Shown one piece after another: positions 1 through 10,434 of a DNA stretch of 64,000 nt. The number at the start of each line of letters is the position of its first letter. Positions within the stretch are counted from its first letter, which is position 1. The position numbers and the translations under genes were made by a program. The notes under the pieces were generated by a model. The model had not been told where the DNA came from and searched no databases. It saw only the letters and a program-made list of their open reading frames with translations. Source of the stretch: a bacterium (GTDB lineage: Bacteria > Patescibacteriota > Dojkabacteria > JAKAPS01 > JAJZLI01); contig JAJZWL010000002.1 in assembly GCA_021846685.1 (NCBI GenBank), positions 9,321 to 73,320 on the forward strand. Reading direction: 5' to 3'.

Positions 1-2
1 TT

Positions 3-503
3 ATGACGGCTGCAGGAGCAACCCTGTATAAAGAACATATTAATATACTTAATTCTAGATATCCAGCAATAGCAACAGCATCTGTACTAAGACCTCTGGC
101 AGGGGTTGTAACTGAGCAATTATTTGCTATAGGAATAATATCAGCAGGTCTAATTGCAATTCCTGTATTAGCAATTTCTTCTTCATATGCATTAACTGAG
201 CTTACCCAGCATAGGAGCTTTCTTACTCATAAGTTCAAAGAGAGGAAATTATTTTATTACATTATAGTAATATCCCTTTTATCTGGATTTGTTTTTTCAA
301 TATTTAAGGTTAATACTATTGATGCACTGTACTATTCTCAAGTATTAGATGGTATACTAACTCCTATAATAGTTGTATTTATAATAATAATTGCAAACAA
401 TAAAAGACTAATGGGGGGGAATACAAATAAACTATTTGATAATTTTTTTGCCATACTATCTTTAATAATAATGGTAGGAGCAAGTCTTCTAATTTTTCTA
501 TAA
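3..503 (+). CDS. NRAMP/MntH-family divalent metal transporter, C-terminal part (5' truncated by the window edge)
   Basis: Hydrophobic helices with NRAMP-like C-terminal motifs ([36 protein letters not shown]). Confidence 0.8.
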   Translation: MTAAGATLYKEHINILNSRYPAIATASVLRPLAGVVTEQLFAIGIISAGLIAIPVLAISSSYALTELTQHRSFLTHKFKERKLFYYIIVISLLSGFVFSIFKVNTIDALYYSQVLDGILTPIIVVFIIIIANNKRLMGGNTNKLFDNFFAILSLIIMVGASLLIFL

Positions 504-507
504 AATA

Positions 508-750
508 ATGAAAGAAATAAGAAAACCTTTTTTAAAAATTATAAAGTTATATCAAAAAACAATATCCCCTGATCATGGAATCTTTAAATCAAAATTTCCA
601 CAAGGTTATTGCAGATATAACCCCACATGTTCTGAATATACCTATCAAGCAATAGAAAAATATGGAGTCATAAAAGGCTCTGTTATGGGATCATATAGGA
701 TATTACGATGTAACCCATTTTCTAAGGGTGGAGAAGATCCTGTTAAATAA
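508..750 (+). CDS. yidD: Membrane protein insertion efficiency factor YidD
   Basis: [33 protein letters not shown] motifs. Confidence 0.93.
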   Translation: MKEIRKPFLKIIKLYQKTISPDHGIFKSKFPQGYCRYNPTCSEYTYQAIEKYGVIKGSVMGSYRILRCNPFSKGGEDPVK

Positions 751-767
751 AGATATAAGAACTTCAT

Positions 768-796
768 TTGACAAAAACTAAATTTAAGAATATATT
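768..796 (+). promoter_or_regulatory. Sigma70-type promoter of nrdJ-cobO
   Basis: TTGACA (768-773), 17-bp spacer, TATATT (791-796). Confidence 0.65.
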
Positions 797-829
797 TTCA
801 TTACTAAAATTAGTCCAACTCATAATCCT

Positions 830-3073
830 ATGATTAAAAAAATAATCAAGAGGGGTGGTGCTTTTGTGCCATTCGATTCAACTAAAATCACTAATGCAAT
901 AAAAAAAGCAGGAGAAGCTGCACTAGAAAATTTTTCACAAGAAGATGCTGAAAAAATATCAAAAAAAGTACTCGAAATACTTAAAAGAAAATATGATAAT
1001 AAAACCCCTAATGTAGAACAAATACAAGATGTAGTTGAGATCACTTTAATGGCACAGAATGAAGAGAAATTTCATCTGATAGCAAAAGCTTATATTTTAT
1101 ACAGAGAAGAACACTCAAGGATTAGAAATACACAAGAAGTCATAATGGAAGGCTATACTACTAATTTACCATTCACAGAAAATGCACTAAGAGTTGTAGC
1201 TGGAAGATATCTAAAGAGAGATGGTAAAACTGGTAAAATTATAGAATCTCCAGAAGATATGCTTAATAGAGTTTCTAAATCTTTGGCAGAAGTAGAAAAA
1301 ATTTATAACAAAGACAAAGATAGTATCAAAAAAATTGAAGAAGAGTTTAGAAGTATACTCTATAGTTTAGAATTCACACCAGCAGGTAGAACTATTACTA
1401 ATGCAGGATCAGATACTAAACTTGTAGCAAACTGTATAGTACTCCATATTGAGGATAGTATGGACGGTATTTTTGAAACTTTAAAAGATGCAGCTCTTTT
1501 ACAACAATCAGGATCAGGATTAGGATTCCCATTTCATCTTTTAAGACCAGCAGGAATGAGAACTTTAAGAACTAAAGGATCAGCTTCAGGGCCTGTATCA
1601 TTCCTAAAGGTTTACAATGAAGCATTTGGAGTTATTAAACAGCAAGGGAGACATGGAGCTAATATGGCAGTTATGTCAGTTGAACACCCTGATATATTGG
1701 ATTTCATAAATGCAAAAAGAGTGGAGGGAGAAATAAAAACTTTTAATATATCTGTAGGAATAACTGATAAATTTATGAAAGAAGTAATTTCAAATACAAA
1801 TAAACCTTGGATATGTGAATTTGGAGGAGAAAAAATGAAACCAAGAACTATAGTAAGAGATCAATATGGGGAAGTTGTCGATATAAAAGAATCTACATTA
1901 ACGGCAAGAGAAGTATTTGAAGAAATTGTATCTGCAGCTTGGAGTAATGGAGAACCTGGAATTGTTTTCTTAGATGAAGTTAATAGAAAGAATCCAGTAC
2001 CTGAACTAGGGAGAATTGAAGCTTGCAATCCTTGTGGAGAACAGTTCCTACAAGATGGAGATGTATGTAACTTAGGGTCTATAAATCTAGAAAAATTTGT
2101 TAAAAATGGTAAATTAGATGAAAAAAGACTAAAAGAAGTTACTAGAATAGCAACAAGAATGCTCGATAATGTTATTGATATCTCTGAATACCCAGTAGAG
2201 AGAATTAACAAAGTATTTAGAGGAAACAGGAGGATAGGATTGGGAATAATGGGTTTTGCAGATTTACTATATCTTTTAAAAATAAGATATGACTCTGAAG
2301 AAGGTTTTAAAATGGCTTCTAAAGTAATGAAATTAATTAATGAGGAAGCTCACTTAATGTCTCAAGAACTAGCAAAGGAAAAAGGACTTTTCCCCAACTA
2401 TGACCTTTCAATCTATAAAAAAGATAATATAAAAATGAGAAATGCTGCATTAACTACAGTAGCACCCACAGGATCTATATCTATGATGTATGATGTATCC
2501 TCAGGAGTAGAGCCTTACTTTGCTTTATCCTACTACAAAGAGGTCATGGGGGGACAAAAACTTTATTATACTAATAAACATTTAGAAAAAGCCCTCAAAG
2601 ATAGAGGTATCTATTCTGATGAATTAATCTTAGAAATATCAAAAGAAGGCAGTTTACAAAATATCAAAGAAATTCCAAAGGATATAAAAGATACTTTCGT
2701 AGTAGCAATGGATATATCTGCCGAAAATCATATTAAAATGCAAGCTGCTTTCCAAAAATATACTGATAATGCTATATCTAAAACCTGTAATTTCCCTAAT
2801 ACAGCAACAAAAGATGATGTCATGAATGGATATATTTTGGCATGGAAATTAAAGTGTAAAGGATGTACAGTATACAGAGATGGATCAAGAGATTTACAAG
2901 TATTAAATTTGCTAAAAGACTCAACAGAAGAAAATAAAAGCAAAACAAAGAATATACTCTCAAAAAATGCCTCTGAAAAAACAAATCTGTGCCCCGAATG
3001 CTATTCGAAAATGGAATTGAAAGAAGGTTGTGCTACTTGTCCTAATTGTGCATACTCATATTGCTCAGTATAA
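830..3073 (+). CDS. nrdJ: Adenosylcobalamin-dependent (class II) ribonucleotide reductase with N-terminal ATP cone
   Basis: ATP cone (IIKRGG..FD..KI), ANC, NPCGEQ, CNLGSINL, RRIGLGIMG, APTGSIS, ISKTCN, GCTVYRDGSR, C-terminal CxxC..CxxC..C; adjacent cobalamin adenosyltransferase. Confidence 0.92.
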   Translation: MIKKIIKRGGAFVPFDSTKITNAIKKAGEAALENFSQEDAEKISKKVLEILKRKYDNKTPNVEQIQDVVEITLMAQNEEKFHLIAKAYILYREEHSRIRNTQEVIMEGYTTNLPFTENALRVVAGRYLKRDGKTGKIIESPEDMLNRVSKSLAEVEKIYNKDKDSIKKIEEEFRSILYSLEFTPAGRTITNAGSDTKLVANCIVLHIEDSMDGIFETLKDAALLQQSGSGLGFPFHLLRPAGMRTLRTKGSASGPVSFLKVYNEAFGVIKQQGRHGANMAVMSVEHPDILDFINAKRVEGEIKTFNISVGITDKFMKEVISNTNKPWICEFGGEKMKPRTIVRDQYGEVVDIKESTLTAREVFEEIVSAAWSNGEPGIVFLDEVNRKNPVPELGRIEACNPCGEQFLQDGDVCNLGSINLEKFVKNGKLDEKRLKEVTRIATRMLDNVIDISEYPVERINKVFRGNRRIGLGIMGFADLLYLLKIRYDSEEGFKMASKVMKLINEEAHLMSQELAKEKGLFPNYDLSIYKKDNIKMRNAALTTVAPTGSISMMYDVSSGVEPYFALSYYKEVMGGQKLYYTNKHLEKALKDRGIYSDELILEISKEGSLQNIKEIPKDIKDTFVVAMDISAENHIKMQAAFQKYTDNAISKTCNFPNTATKDDVMNGYILAWKLKCKGCTVYRDGSRDLQVLNLLKDSTEENKSKTKNILSKNASEKTNLCPECYSKMELKEGCATCPNCAYSYCSV

Positions 3074-3080
3074 GTAACTA

Positions 3081-3617
3081 ATGAAAAGAGGAGACGGACT
3101 TATATTAGTAAATACAGGTGGAGGAAAAGGAAAAACAACAGCTGCACTAGGAATTGCACTCAGAGCAACTGGTTATGATTTACATGGAGTAATGATTCAA
3201 TTCATAAAGGGCTCTTGGTTTTATGGAGAAAAAAAAAGTTTTGAAAATTTAAATCCAAATTTTAAATTAATTACTCATGGAAAAGGATTCGTTGGTATCA
3301 TAGATGATAAGCTTCCATTTGAGGAACATAAAAAAATTGCTCAAGAAGCAGTTGAAATTGCTAAAAAAGAAGTTCAAAATAAGAAAAATGATATAGTAAT
3401 ACTAGATGAGATTAATTATGCTGCACATGGAAAACTTATAAGCGTAAAAGATATTCTAGATATAATAAAAATTAAAAATAAATCACTAGATTTAATACTA
3501 ACCGGGAATTATGCTCATAGCTCAGTAATAGCACTGGCAGACACAGTCACTGAAATGAAGGAAATAAAACATGCATATAATAAAGGGAAATTAGCAAAAA
3601 TAGGGATAGATTTTTAA
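3081..3617 (+). CDS. cobO: Cob(I)alamin adenosyltransferase, CobO/BtuR family
   Basis: TGGGKGKTTAALG short P-loop, IQFIKG, ILDEINYA, ADTVTEMKEIKH, GIDF end. Confidence 0.92.
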   Translation: MKRGDGLILVNTGGGKGKTTAALGIALRATGYDLHGVMIQFIKGSWFYGEKKSFENLNPNFKLITHGKGFVGIIDDKLPFEEHKKIAQEAVEIAKKEVQNKKNDIVILDEINYAAHGKLISVKDILDIIKIKNKSLDLILTGNYAHSSVIALADTVTEMKEIKHAYNKGKLAKIGIDF

Positions 3618-3657
3618 GATTTGTGATATAATTTTATTTAATTTATAAAAATCATAA

Positions 3658-4191
3658 GTGGATATAAATAGTAGAGTAATAATTAAAGGAGATATAAATT
3701 ATAACTTAATTTCACGATTAATCAGAAATAAGGATATTTATGGATATATTAATACATCTAATTCAACAGGAGAGTTGGAAGGAGACAATACTCTTTTAAC
3801 AGAAATGTTAGAAAAACATAATAATAATTTTTTTTCAAAAAAACAAATATCTCTTACGAAAATTAAATATATAGGAGATTTAAAAGAATTTAATATTGTA
3901 AAAGATAAATCTCAATTTAGAATTAAAATATATATAAAAATCTATGGATTATTTCAGAATTCATCATTTGAAACAATAATAAAAAGATATGCAGATAAAC
4001 TAGAGATCTATGGATGGATAAAAAGAACAGAGGATGGATATATGGATTCCAAAATGGAAGGACCTTATGATAATATATATAATATAATAAATTTAATATC
4101 TCAAGGACTTCCTAAAACAAATATAGAAAATATTTATTTAGAATACCTTGAGAATCCTAATGAATTTAAAAAATTTGAAGTTATAAAATGA
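3658..4191 (+). CDS. Tandem acylphosphatase-like domain protein, catalytic motifs degenerate
   Basis: C-half follows the AcyP pattern (IYG..Q..F, LEIYGWI..TEDG, EG, GLP, FKKFEV); N-half repeats it more weakly (IIKG, DIYGYI, LEG, LKEFNI). Confidence 0.6.
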   Translation: MDINSRVIIKGDINYNLISRLIRNKDIYGYINTSNSTGELEGDNTLLTEMLEKHNNNFFSKKQISLTKIKYIGDLKEFNIVKDKSQFRIKIYIKIYGLFQNSSFETIIKRYADKLEIYGWIKRTEDGYMDSKMEGPYDNIYNIINLISQGLPKTNIENIYLEYLENPNEFKKFEVIK

Positions 4192-5657
4192 AAAAACTTA
4201 TAGAATACATATTTCCTAAAAAAAGTTATTATCTATCAGCCTTATTAGTAAGCATACTATTGTTATTAATATCAATAAAGATTTTTCTCATACCTCATAA
4301 TTTAATTCCTTTGATATTTGTATTGATAATAGGATTAGTAATATCCACTATAGCTATTATTAAAAATCCTTCTATTGGAGTCTTAATAACCCTTGCAATT
4401 ATGCCTTTTGAAAATATAGGAGGATTTTACTTCCATTCAATACATATTCGATTTGATCAAATAATAATAGGAATCACTGCAATATCATTTATTATATCTT
4501 CACTTGTAAAAAAAGATTTTAAAATTAAAAAAGACCCAACATTACTTATAATATTAGCTTTAATCATTGCGAATATTTTATCTCTAACAAATGCCCTAAA
4601 TATGACAAGAGATATAGAAATTTTCCTATTTACGCTAATCACTTACATAATATATTATGCAATTCCTTTAAACTTTTTTGATACAAAATATATTAAATAT
4701 ATTCCAAATATATTACTTACTATTACTATATTATTATCCCTATTTGGACTATATCAATATTTTGGAAATATACTAAATCTTCCAGGATCTGTATTGGGAC
4801 TAAGAGCCCCTTATGTAAAAGATGTGCTCGGTTATCCAAGAATACAAGCAACCGAAGTAGAACCTCTGTATTATGGAACATATTTGATATTTACAGTAAC
4901 CCTAAGTATTGGCCTTTTAATTTTTAATAAAGGAAAAAATATATTAAAAGAGAATGAGATTTTACTAGCATGGGGAGCATTAATATTGGGAGGTATAAAT
5001 TTAATACTAACTTATGCTAGAGGAGCATGGATAGGAGAAATGTTTGCTCTCCTAATATTATTTATAATATTTTTAATAGAATATAAAATAAAAAGAAATA
5101 TTATATATATGGGCATTATAGCTATAGTTATTGTATCAATAGGGACTTTCGGATTATACAGAATACATAAATTACCGAATTTCGCCAATAAAATAATTGC
5201 CAGAGCTACTAATTTACAATCTCCAGATAGAACATTTTTAGATAATAATGCACTTCAAGCATTTGCAAATAATCCTATTGTAGGAATAGGTACTGGAGGA
5301 TTTGGCCCATATATGGCAATTAATCCATTTATCACACCTCCTCAGAATTTTGGACAAATAGAGGGATATGGTTGGGCTATAGTAAATAATGAATATCTAG
5401 AAATATTAACAGAGACAGGGATTGTGGGCTTTGCACTCTTTGCTTTTTTCTTCTATACCATTTTTAAAAATTTTATAAAAGCATATAGAAAGAAAAGTAC
5501 TAAAAATACTTTTGAAAAAATTATTTTAATATCTACATTTGCAGGATTGTGTGGAATACTACTACAATATTTAACTTTTTCCACACTGTACATACTACAA
5601 ATATGGATGGTGATAGTATTACTTGAAATATTATCTTTTAAAATAATTAATGATTAA
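4188..5657 (+). CDS. O-antigen ligase/Wzy_C family membrane protein
   Basis: About 12 TM segments; RIQATEVEP, LTYARGAWIG, NPIVGIGTGGF, NEYLEILTETGIVG. Confidence 0.85.
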   Translation: MKKLIEYIFPKKSYYLSALLVSILLLLISIKIFLIPHNLIPLIFVLIIGLVISTIAIIKNPSIGVLITLAIMPFENIGGFYFHSIHIRFDQIIIGITAISFIISSLVKKDFKIKKDPTLLIILALIIANILSLTNALNMTRDIEIFLFTLITYIIYYAIPLNFFDTKYIKYIPNILLTITILLSLFGLYQYFGNILNLPGSVLGLRAPYVKDVLGYPRIQATEVEPLYYGTYLIFTVTLSIGLLIFNKGKNILKENEILLAWGALILGGINLILTYARGAWIGEMFALLILFIIFLIEYKIKRNIIYMGIIAIVIVSIGTFGLYRIHKLPNFANKIIARATNLQSPDRTFLDNNALQAFANNPIVGIGTGGFGPYMAINPFITPPQNFGQIEGYGWAIVNNEYLEILTETGIVGFALFAFFFYTIFKNFIKAYRKKSTKNTFEKIILISTFAGLCGILLQYLTFSTLYILQIWMVIVLLEILSFKIIND

Positions 5658-7065
5658 TAAAATCCGAACAAACACAATATGGTTACTTTTTTCACAAAGT
5701 ATATCCATAATAGTATCTTTAGGTTTGTCTCTAATACTGGCAAGACATCTAGGACCAAGAGATAATGGGATTTATAATTATGCTAATTCAATTGTAGGTA
5801 TATTCGCTATTTTTGTAGATTTCGGAATGTCGACTGTCTTAATCAGAGATATAGCTAGAAATACTAATTTAGTTAAAAAGTATTTAGATAATTTAATATC
5901 ATTAAAAATTATAATAGGGACTGTCATACTGTTATTAATTGTAATAACCTCATTTTTTATAAAAAAATATGACAATATCACATATATAATGATCTTTTTA
6001 GGACTATATAATATAATGTCCGGTTTTTATCTTCTCTTTACAGGAGTATTTAGATCTCATAATAAAATGGTGTATGAATCATTTGATACAGTTATCATAA
6101 AGGTACTTCTTTTAATCTTCGGAGTAATTGCTCTTTACTATTATAAAAGTCTACTCATATACTCAATGGTACTCTTCTCAACAATGCTGATAGGAATTTT
6201 GATTTCAGTATTGATAATAAGAAAATATTTTTCAAAATTTAGTTTTTCTATAAATAAAGAGTTTTGGATATATATGCTCAAAGAAATATGGCCCTATGGA
6301 TTAAGCTCTATTATTGTGACTGTTTACTTTACAATAGATCAAATCATATTAGGAAGTTTAAAACCAATTACTCAAGTAGGTTATTATGCATTAGCTAGAT
6401 CTGCAACAGGAGTGGTTTTATCATTAATAGGAATTCTCATAGGGGTAGTATTCCCGTCCTTATCAATGCTCTACAAAAAAGATATATCAGCTTTTACGGA
6501 ACTACTAAACAATGCTATTAAATTAATGTCTATTTTACTTATAATATTTATTGTTGAGATGCTTATAAACTCCAAAGGTTATGTTCTTTCTATTTTTGGA
6601 AACAAATATTACAATTCTATATTACCCTTACAAATACTCTCAGTTACAACAGGAATTATATTTATAAATGCACTAATAGGAAATGCATTTGGAGCAATAG
6701 ATAGACAAAAAGATTTACTCTTAGGACTTTTTCTCTCCATGGTCATTAATGTAGGTTTAAATTTTCTATTCATACCTTACTATGGCGCAGTTGGAGCAGC
6801 TAGTGCATCAATTTTTACTGAACTGTTTATAGGAATATACTCTTATACTATACTCAAAAAGGATTTCAAGATAAATTTAATAAAATATTTAAAGATTCCT
6901 GTTCTTGCAGGAATAGTTTCAATGGTGGTAATGTTATTGCTATCACAATATAATGTATACTTAATATCTATAATCGGATTAATGATATATTTCTTAATAT
7001 TAGTATTATCAAAAGAAATAAGTATAGAATTTATAAAGGAAAATTTAAAATTTAGAAACATCTAG
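5650..7065 (+). CDS. Wzx-type polysaccharide flippase
   Basis: LARHLG..G.Y.Y, DFGMS..L.R.IAR, DQIILG, VGYYA, NFLFIPYYGAVGAA. Confidence 0.9.
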   Translation: MINKIRTNTIWLLFSQSISIIVSLGLSLILARHLGPRDNGIYNYANSIVGIFAIFVDFGMSTVLIRDIARNTNLVKKYLDNLISLKIIIGTVILLLIVITSFFIKKYDNITYIMIFLGLYNIMSGFYLLFTGVFRSHNKMVYESFDTVIIKVLLLIFGVIALYYYKSLLIYSMVLFSTMLIGILISVLIIRKYFSKFSFSINKEFWIYMLKEIWPYGLSSIIVTVYFTIDQIILGSLKPITQVGYYALARSATGVVLSLIGILIGVVFPSLSMLYKKDISAFTELLNNAIKLMSILLIIFIVEMLINSKGYVLSIFGNKYYNSILPLQILSVTTGIIFINALIGNAFGAIDRQKDLLLGLFLSMVINVGLNFLFIPYYGAVGAASASIFTELFIGIYSYTILKKDFKINLIKYLKIPVLAGIVSMVVMLLLSQYNVYLISIIGLMIYFLILVLSKEISIEFIKENLKFRNI

Positions 7066-7136
7066 ATATATAAAATATCCTTAACTAATAAGTTTAATTA
7101 TAGTATAATTCTTATTAATATAATAAAAATACACTT

Positions 7137-8252
7137 ATGAGAATAGCAATAGATGCCAGATTTGCAAATTTGAAAGTTGGAATAGGGAGAGTTGCCTATA
7201 ATCTTACTAAAGAAATTCTCCTGCTAGATGATGAGAATTATTACGTAATTCTTCTAGGGGAGAATGATCCTTTTGTTGATATTAAAAAAGATAATGTAAA
7301 AAAGATAAAAAATGCATTTTCAACAAGAAAAAAATTGTTTTGGCAATTTTTCTATCTACCATATATCTTAAAAAAAGAAAAAATAGATATATTTTTTTCA
7401 ACTGAAAATTTCATAATACCTCCATTTTTTAAAGGAAAAACTGTTGTCACAGTACATGATTTAATACCATTAGTATTTAAAGAATATCTTCAAGGAAAAA
7501 TCTCTCCATATAAACTAAAGGTATATATGACAAAATTATTTCCTCCTAAAAAAATAATGACCATTTCTAATTTTTCTAAAGAAGAAATCAAAAGAGTATT
7601 AAAAATAGCTGAAAAAGATATCTTTGTCATTAAAGAAAGTTTTGATAATAGATTGAAGAATATAAAAGAAGATATAAATATATTGCATCATTTAGAAATA
7701 AAAAAACCATATATATTAGGAATAGGAGGAATGGAACTTAGAAAAAATAATAAAGTTCTTATAGATGCTTTTATAGATATGATAGAGAATAATGGAGAGT
7801 TAAGACACTCACTTGTAATAGTTGGGCAAATTTATTCAAAAAAAATTCCTATGGATACAAGAGATATTCCAGAAAATCTTGCAGATAGAATTAAAATGAT
7901 TATAGAAGTTTCTGATGAAGAACTCTCTGTATTATATCAAAATGCTGATATATTCGTATATCCTACGATATATGAAGGATTCGGACTTCCCCCTTTAGAA
8001 TCATTTAAACATAAAACCCCCGTGATAACATCAAATATCACATCAATTCCTGAAGTAGTACAAGATGCTGCAATTCTTATAAATCCTTATAAAAAAGAAG
8101 AAATAGAAGAAGCTATGATAAAAATAATCAGAAGTAATGATTTAAAAGAACAATTAATTAAAAGGGGGACGTCTATTTTAAGAAACTATAATTGGAGTAA
8201 ATCAGCTGAAAAAGTAATCAAGGAATTTAAAAAAATATATGACCAAGAATAA
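7137..8252 (+). CDS. Glycosyltransferase family 4 (GT-B)
   Basis: MRIAIDAR start, VHDLIP, RKN, EGFGLPPLE. Confidence 0.9.
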   Translation: MRIAIDARFANLKVGIGRVAYNLTKEILLLDDENYYVILLGENDPFVDIKKDNVKKIKNAFSTRKKLFWQFFYLPYILKKEKIDIFFSTENFIIPPFFKGKTVVTVHDLIPLVFKEYLQGKISPYKLKVYMTKLFPPKKIMTISNFSKEEIKRVLKIAEKDIFVIKESFDNRLKNIKEDINILHHLEIKKPYILGIGGMELRKNNKVLIDAFIDMIENNGELRHSLVIVGQIYSKKIPMDTRDIPENLADRIKMIIEVSDEELSVLYQNADIFVYPTIYEGFGLPPLESFKHKTPVITSNITSIPEVVQDAAILINPYKKEEIEEAMIKIIRSNDLKEQLIKRGTSILRNYNWSKSAEKVIKEFKKIYDQE

Positions 8253-9306
8253 TCCAATATATATAATAACTGAGAATATAGGACAAGGACATAGATCTGT
8301 ATCAGAGGCATTAAAAGAATCTATTGAAGATGAATCTGGGACTAAGGTTGTTGTAATAGATTATTTTTCATTAATAGGGCAAGGTCTAGAAAAAAGTATG
8401 GGGAATATTTATGGTTATTTAATTTTAAATTTTCCATATTTGTATAAATTGATATATAGCCTCATCGATAGAGAAGATTCTTCTACATTAATGGATATGC
8501 TTATCGCACAAAGACTAAAAAATAAAATAGGGCCTAATATAAAAAATGCCATTTTAATAGCTACATTTCCAAATTCTACTATTGCATTATCTTTTATCAA
8601 AGCTCATCGACGTTATGCTGTAATTACTGACTATTACGCACATCAAGGTTGGATAACACAAAAAATAGATGGCTATTTTGTGGCTAATAAAGAAATAAAA
8701 TTACAATTAAAAAAGGCTGGCATAAATGAAAACACAATTCATATAACAGGTATTCCTATAAAAAAAGAATTTTATAAAAAAGTAAATAAACTTAATATAA
8801 AAAAACAGCTAGGTATAAATAATTCAAAAAAGGTTGTTCTCATTCTAGGAGGAGGCGATGGGGTTATTCCTGATGCAGAATATATTGTATCCTTATTTGA
8901 CAACAAAAATAATGTTATTATTATAACTGCTAAAAATTATAGTTTGAAAAAATCATTAGAAAAAAGAAATTTAAAAAATACAAAAATATTTGGATATGTT
9001 GATAATATGTATGAACTCATAAGTATAGCTGATTTGGCAATAACTAAAGCAGGGGGAATTTCATTAAGTGAACTTAATTTAAAAAGAATCCCTATAATAG
9101 TATATAAAACAATACCAGGACAAGAAACTGCTAATACAATATACTTTACAAAAAAACATGCATGTAAAGAAATAAATGATAAAAAAGAATTGAAAATTAC
9201 CGCAAATAAGATATTAAGTGGTAAAATGAAACTTAATGGTATAATAGTAGATACAAAAATACCTGCATTTAATAAAATTATTAATATAATTAACAAGGAT
9301 TTATGA
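8239..9306 (+). CDS. UgtP/MGDG-synthase-like glycosyltransferase (GT28-like)
   Basis: GQGH, ITDY..H..W, ITGIPI, LGGGDG, ITKAGG, PGQE..N. Confidence 0.85.
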   Translation: MTKNNPIYIITENIGQGHRSVSEALKESIEDESGTKVVVIDYFSLIGQGLEKSMGNIYGYLILNFPYLYKLIYSLIDREDSSTLMDMLIAQRLKNKIGPNIKNAILIATFPNSTIALSFIKAHRRYAVITDYYAHQGWITQKIDGYFVANKEIKLQLKKAGINENTIHITGIPIKKEFYKKVNKLNIKKQLGINNSKKVVLILGGGDGVIPDAEYIVSLFDNKNNVIIITAKNYSLKKSLEKRNLKNTKIFGYVDNMYELISIADLAITKAGGISLSELNLKRIPIIVYKTIPGQETANTIYFTKKHACKEINDKKELKITANKILSGKMKLNGIIVDTKIPAFNKIINIINKDL

Positions 9307-10430
9307 AAAAAAATATAGATAAAAAAAAGAGAATTTTAATATTAATGTCAAAAACAGGAAATGGGCATTTATCAGTAGCAGAAACTCTAAAAGAATATTT
9401 TGAATATGTAGATCCTGAGAAATATGAAGTTAAAATAGTTGATGCCCTACAAGACCACTCAAAAAGAATTGTAAAAAATATATCAAAATCATATGTACCT
9501 GTTGTGAAATATTTACCTACACTTTATACATCTGGTTTTTATTTCACTGACAATGAAATTAGATTATCCCTATTACTATCTTTAATAAGATTACAATCCA
9601 GAAAAAAAGTTACTACATTAATCGATACATTCCAACCTAACCTTATAATATCAGTACATCCACTTGTTAATAAAATTGCGGGCGAAATTTCAAAAAAAAA
9701 GAATATCCCATTTGGAGTTCTTATTACAGATATGTATAATGTTCACGAAAGTTGGTTTAACAGAGATGCTGACCTATATATTGCCCCTAATACTTATGTC
9801 GCAAAACAATGTAAAAAACATGGTATTCAAAATGTAAAAGCTTTTTCAATCCCTGTAAAATTAAAATTTTCAAAACCATTAGATCTAGATAAAATCAGGA
9901 AAAAATATAAACTAGATAAAGATAAACATACTATACTCTTTACCTTTGGAGGAGGAGGTACAGTTAACCCCGCAAAGATTCTTAAAGAACTAATAAAAAA
10001 AGATCCCAATAAATATCAAATTATTGTTAATAATGGAAAAAATATAAAAACATATAGAGAGATAGAAAAAATAAAAATAAAAAGCAAGATGAAAATAGTC
10101 AATTTGGGATTTATTAATAATATGGAAGAAATAATGAATATATCAGATATAGCAGTTTGTAAGGCAGGGGCAACTACAGTTCAAGAATTATTTTCAACAA
10201 CAGTTGTTCCAATAATAATTAATTATGTAAGAGGACAAGAGAAAGACTGCGCAGACTTTGTAAAATTAAAAAGAGCAGGAATTGTGAGTAAAAGAAAAGT
10301 AGTTGAAATTATAGAAAATATTACAAAAAATCCTAAACGACTAGAAAGGTATAAAAGAAATGAAGAAAAATTATCTGATAAAGAATCTGGATTAAAATCT
10401 ATTAAAGAATTTATTAAATTAATAAAATAA
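9303..10430 (+). CDS. Second UgtP/MGDG-synthase-like glycosyltransferase
   Basis: GNGH, ISVHP, ITD..VHESW, FGGGG, CKAGATT, GQE. Confidence 0.85.
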   Translation: MKKNIDKKKRILILMSKTGNGHLSVAETLKEYFEYVDPEKYEVKIVDALQDHSKRIVKNISKSYVPVVKYLPTLYTSGFYFTDNEIRLSLLLSLIRLQSRKKVTTLIDTFQPNLIISVHPLVNKIAGEISKKKNIPFGVLITDMYNVHESWFNRDADLYIAPNTYVAKQCKKHGIQNVKAFSIPVKLKFSKPLDLDKIRKKYKLDKDKHTILFTFGGGGTVNPAKILKELIKKDPNKYQIIVNNGKNIKTYREIEKIKIKSKMKIVNLGFINNMEEIMNISDIAVCKAGATTVQELFSTTVVPIIINYVRGQEKDCADFVKLKRAGIVSKRKVVEIIENITKNPKRLERYKRNEEKLSDKESGLKSIKEFIKLIK

Positions 10431-10434
10431 AAAT

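Noticed and set aside
751..829. Cobalamin riboswitch or NrdR box upstream of nrdJ
   Set aside because: The region is 79 bp, AT-rich and largely occupied by the promoter; no convincing match
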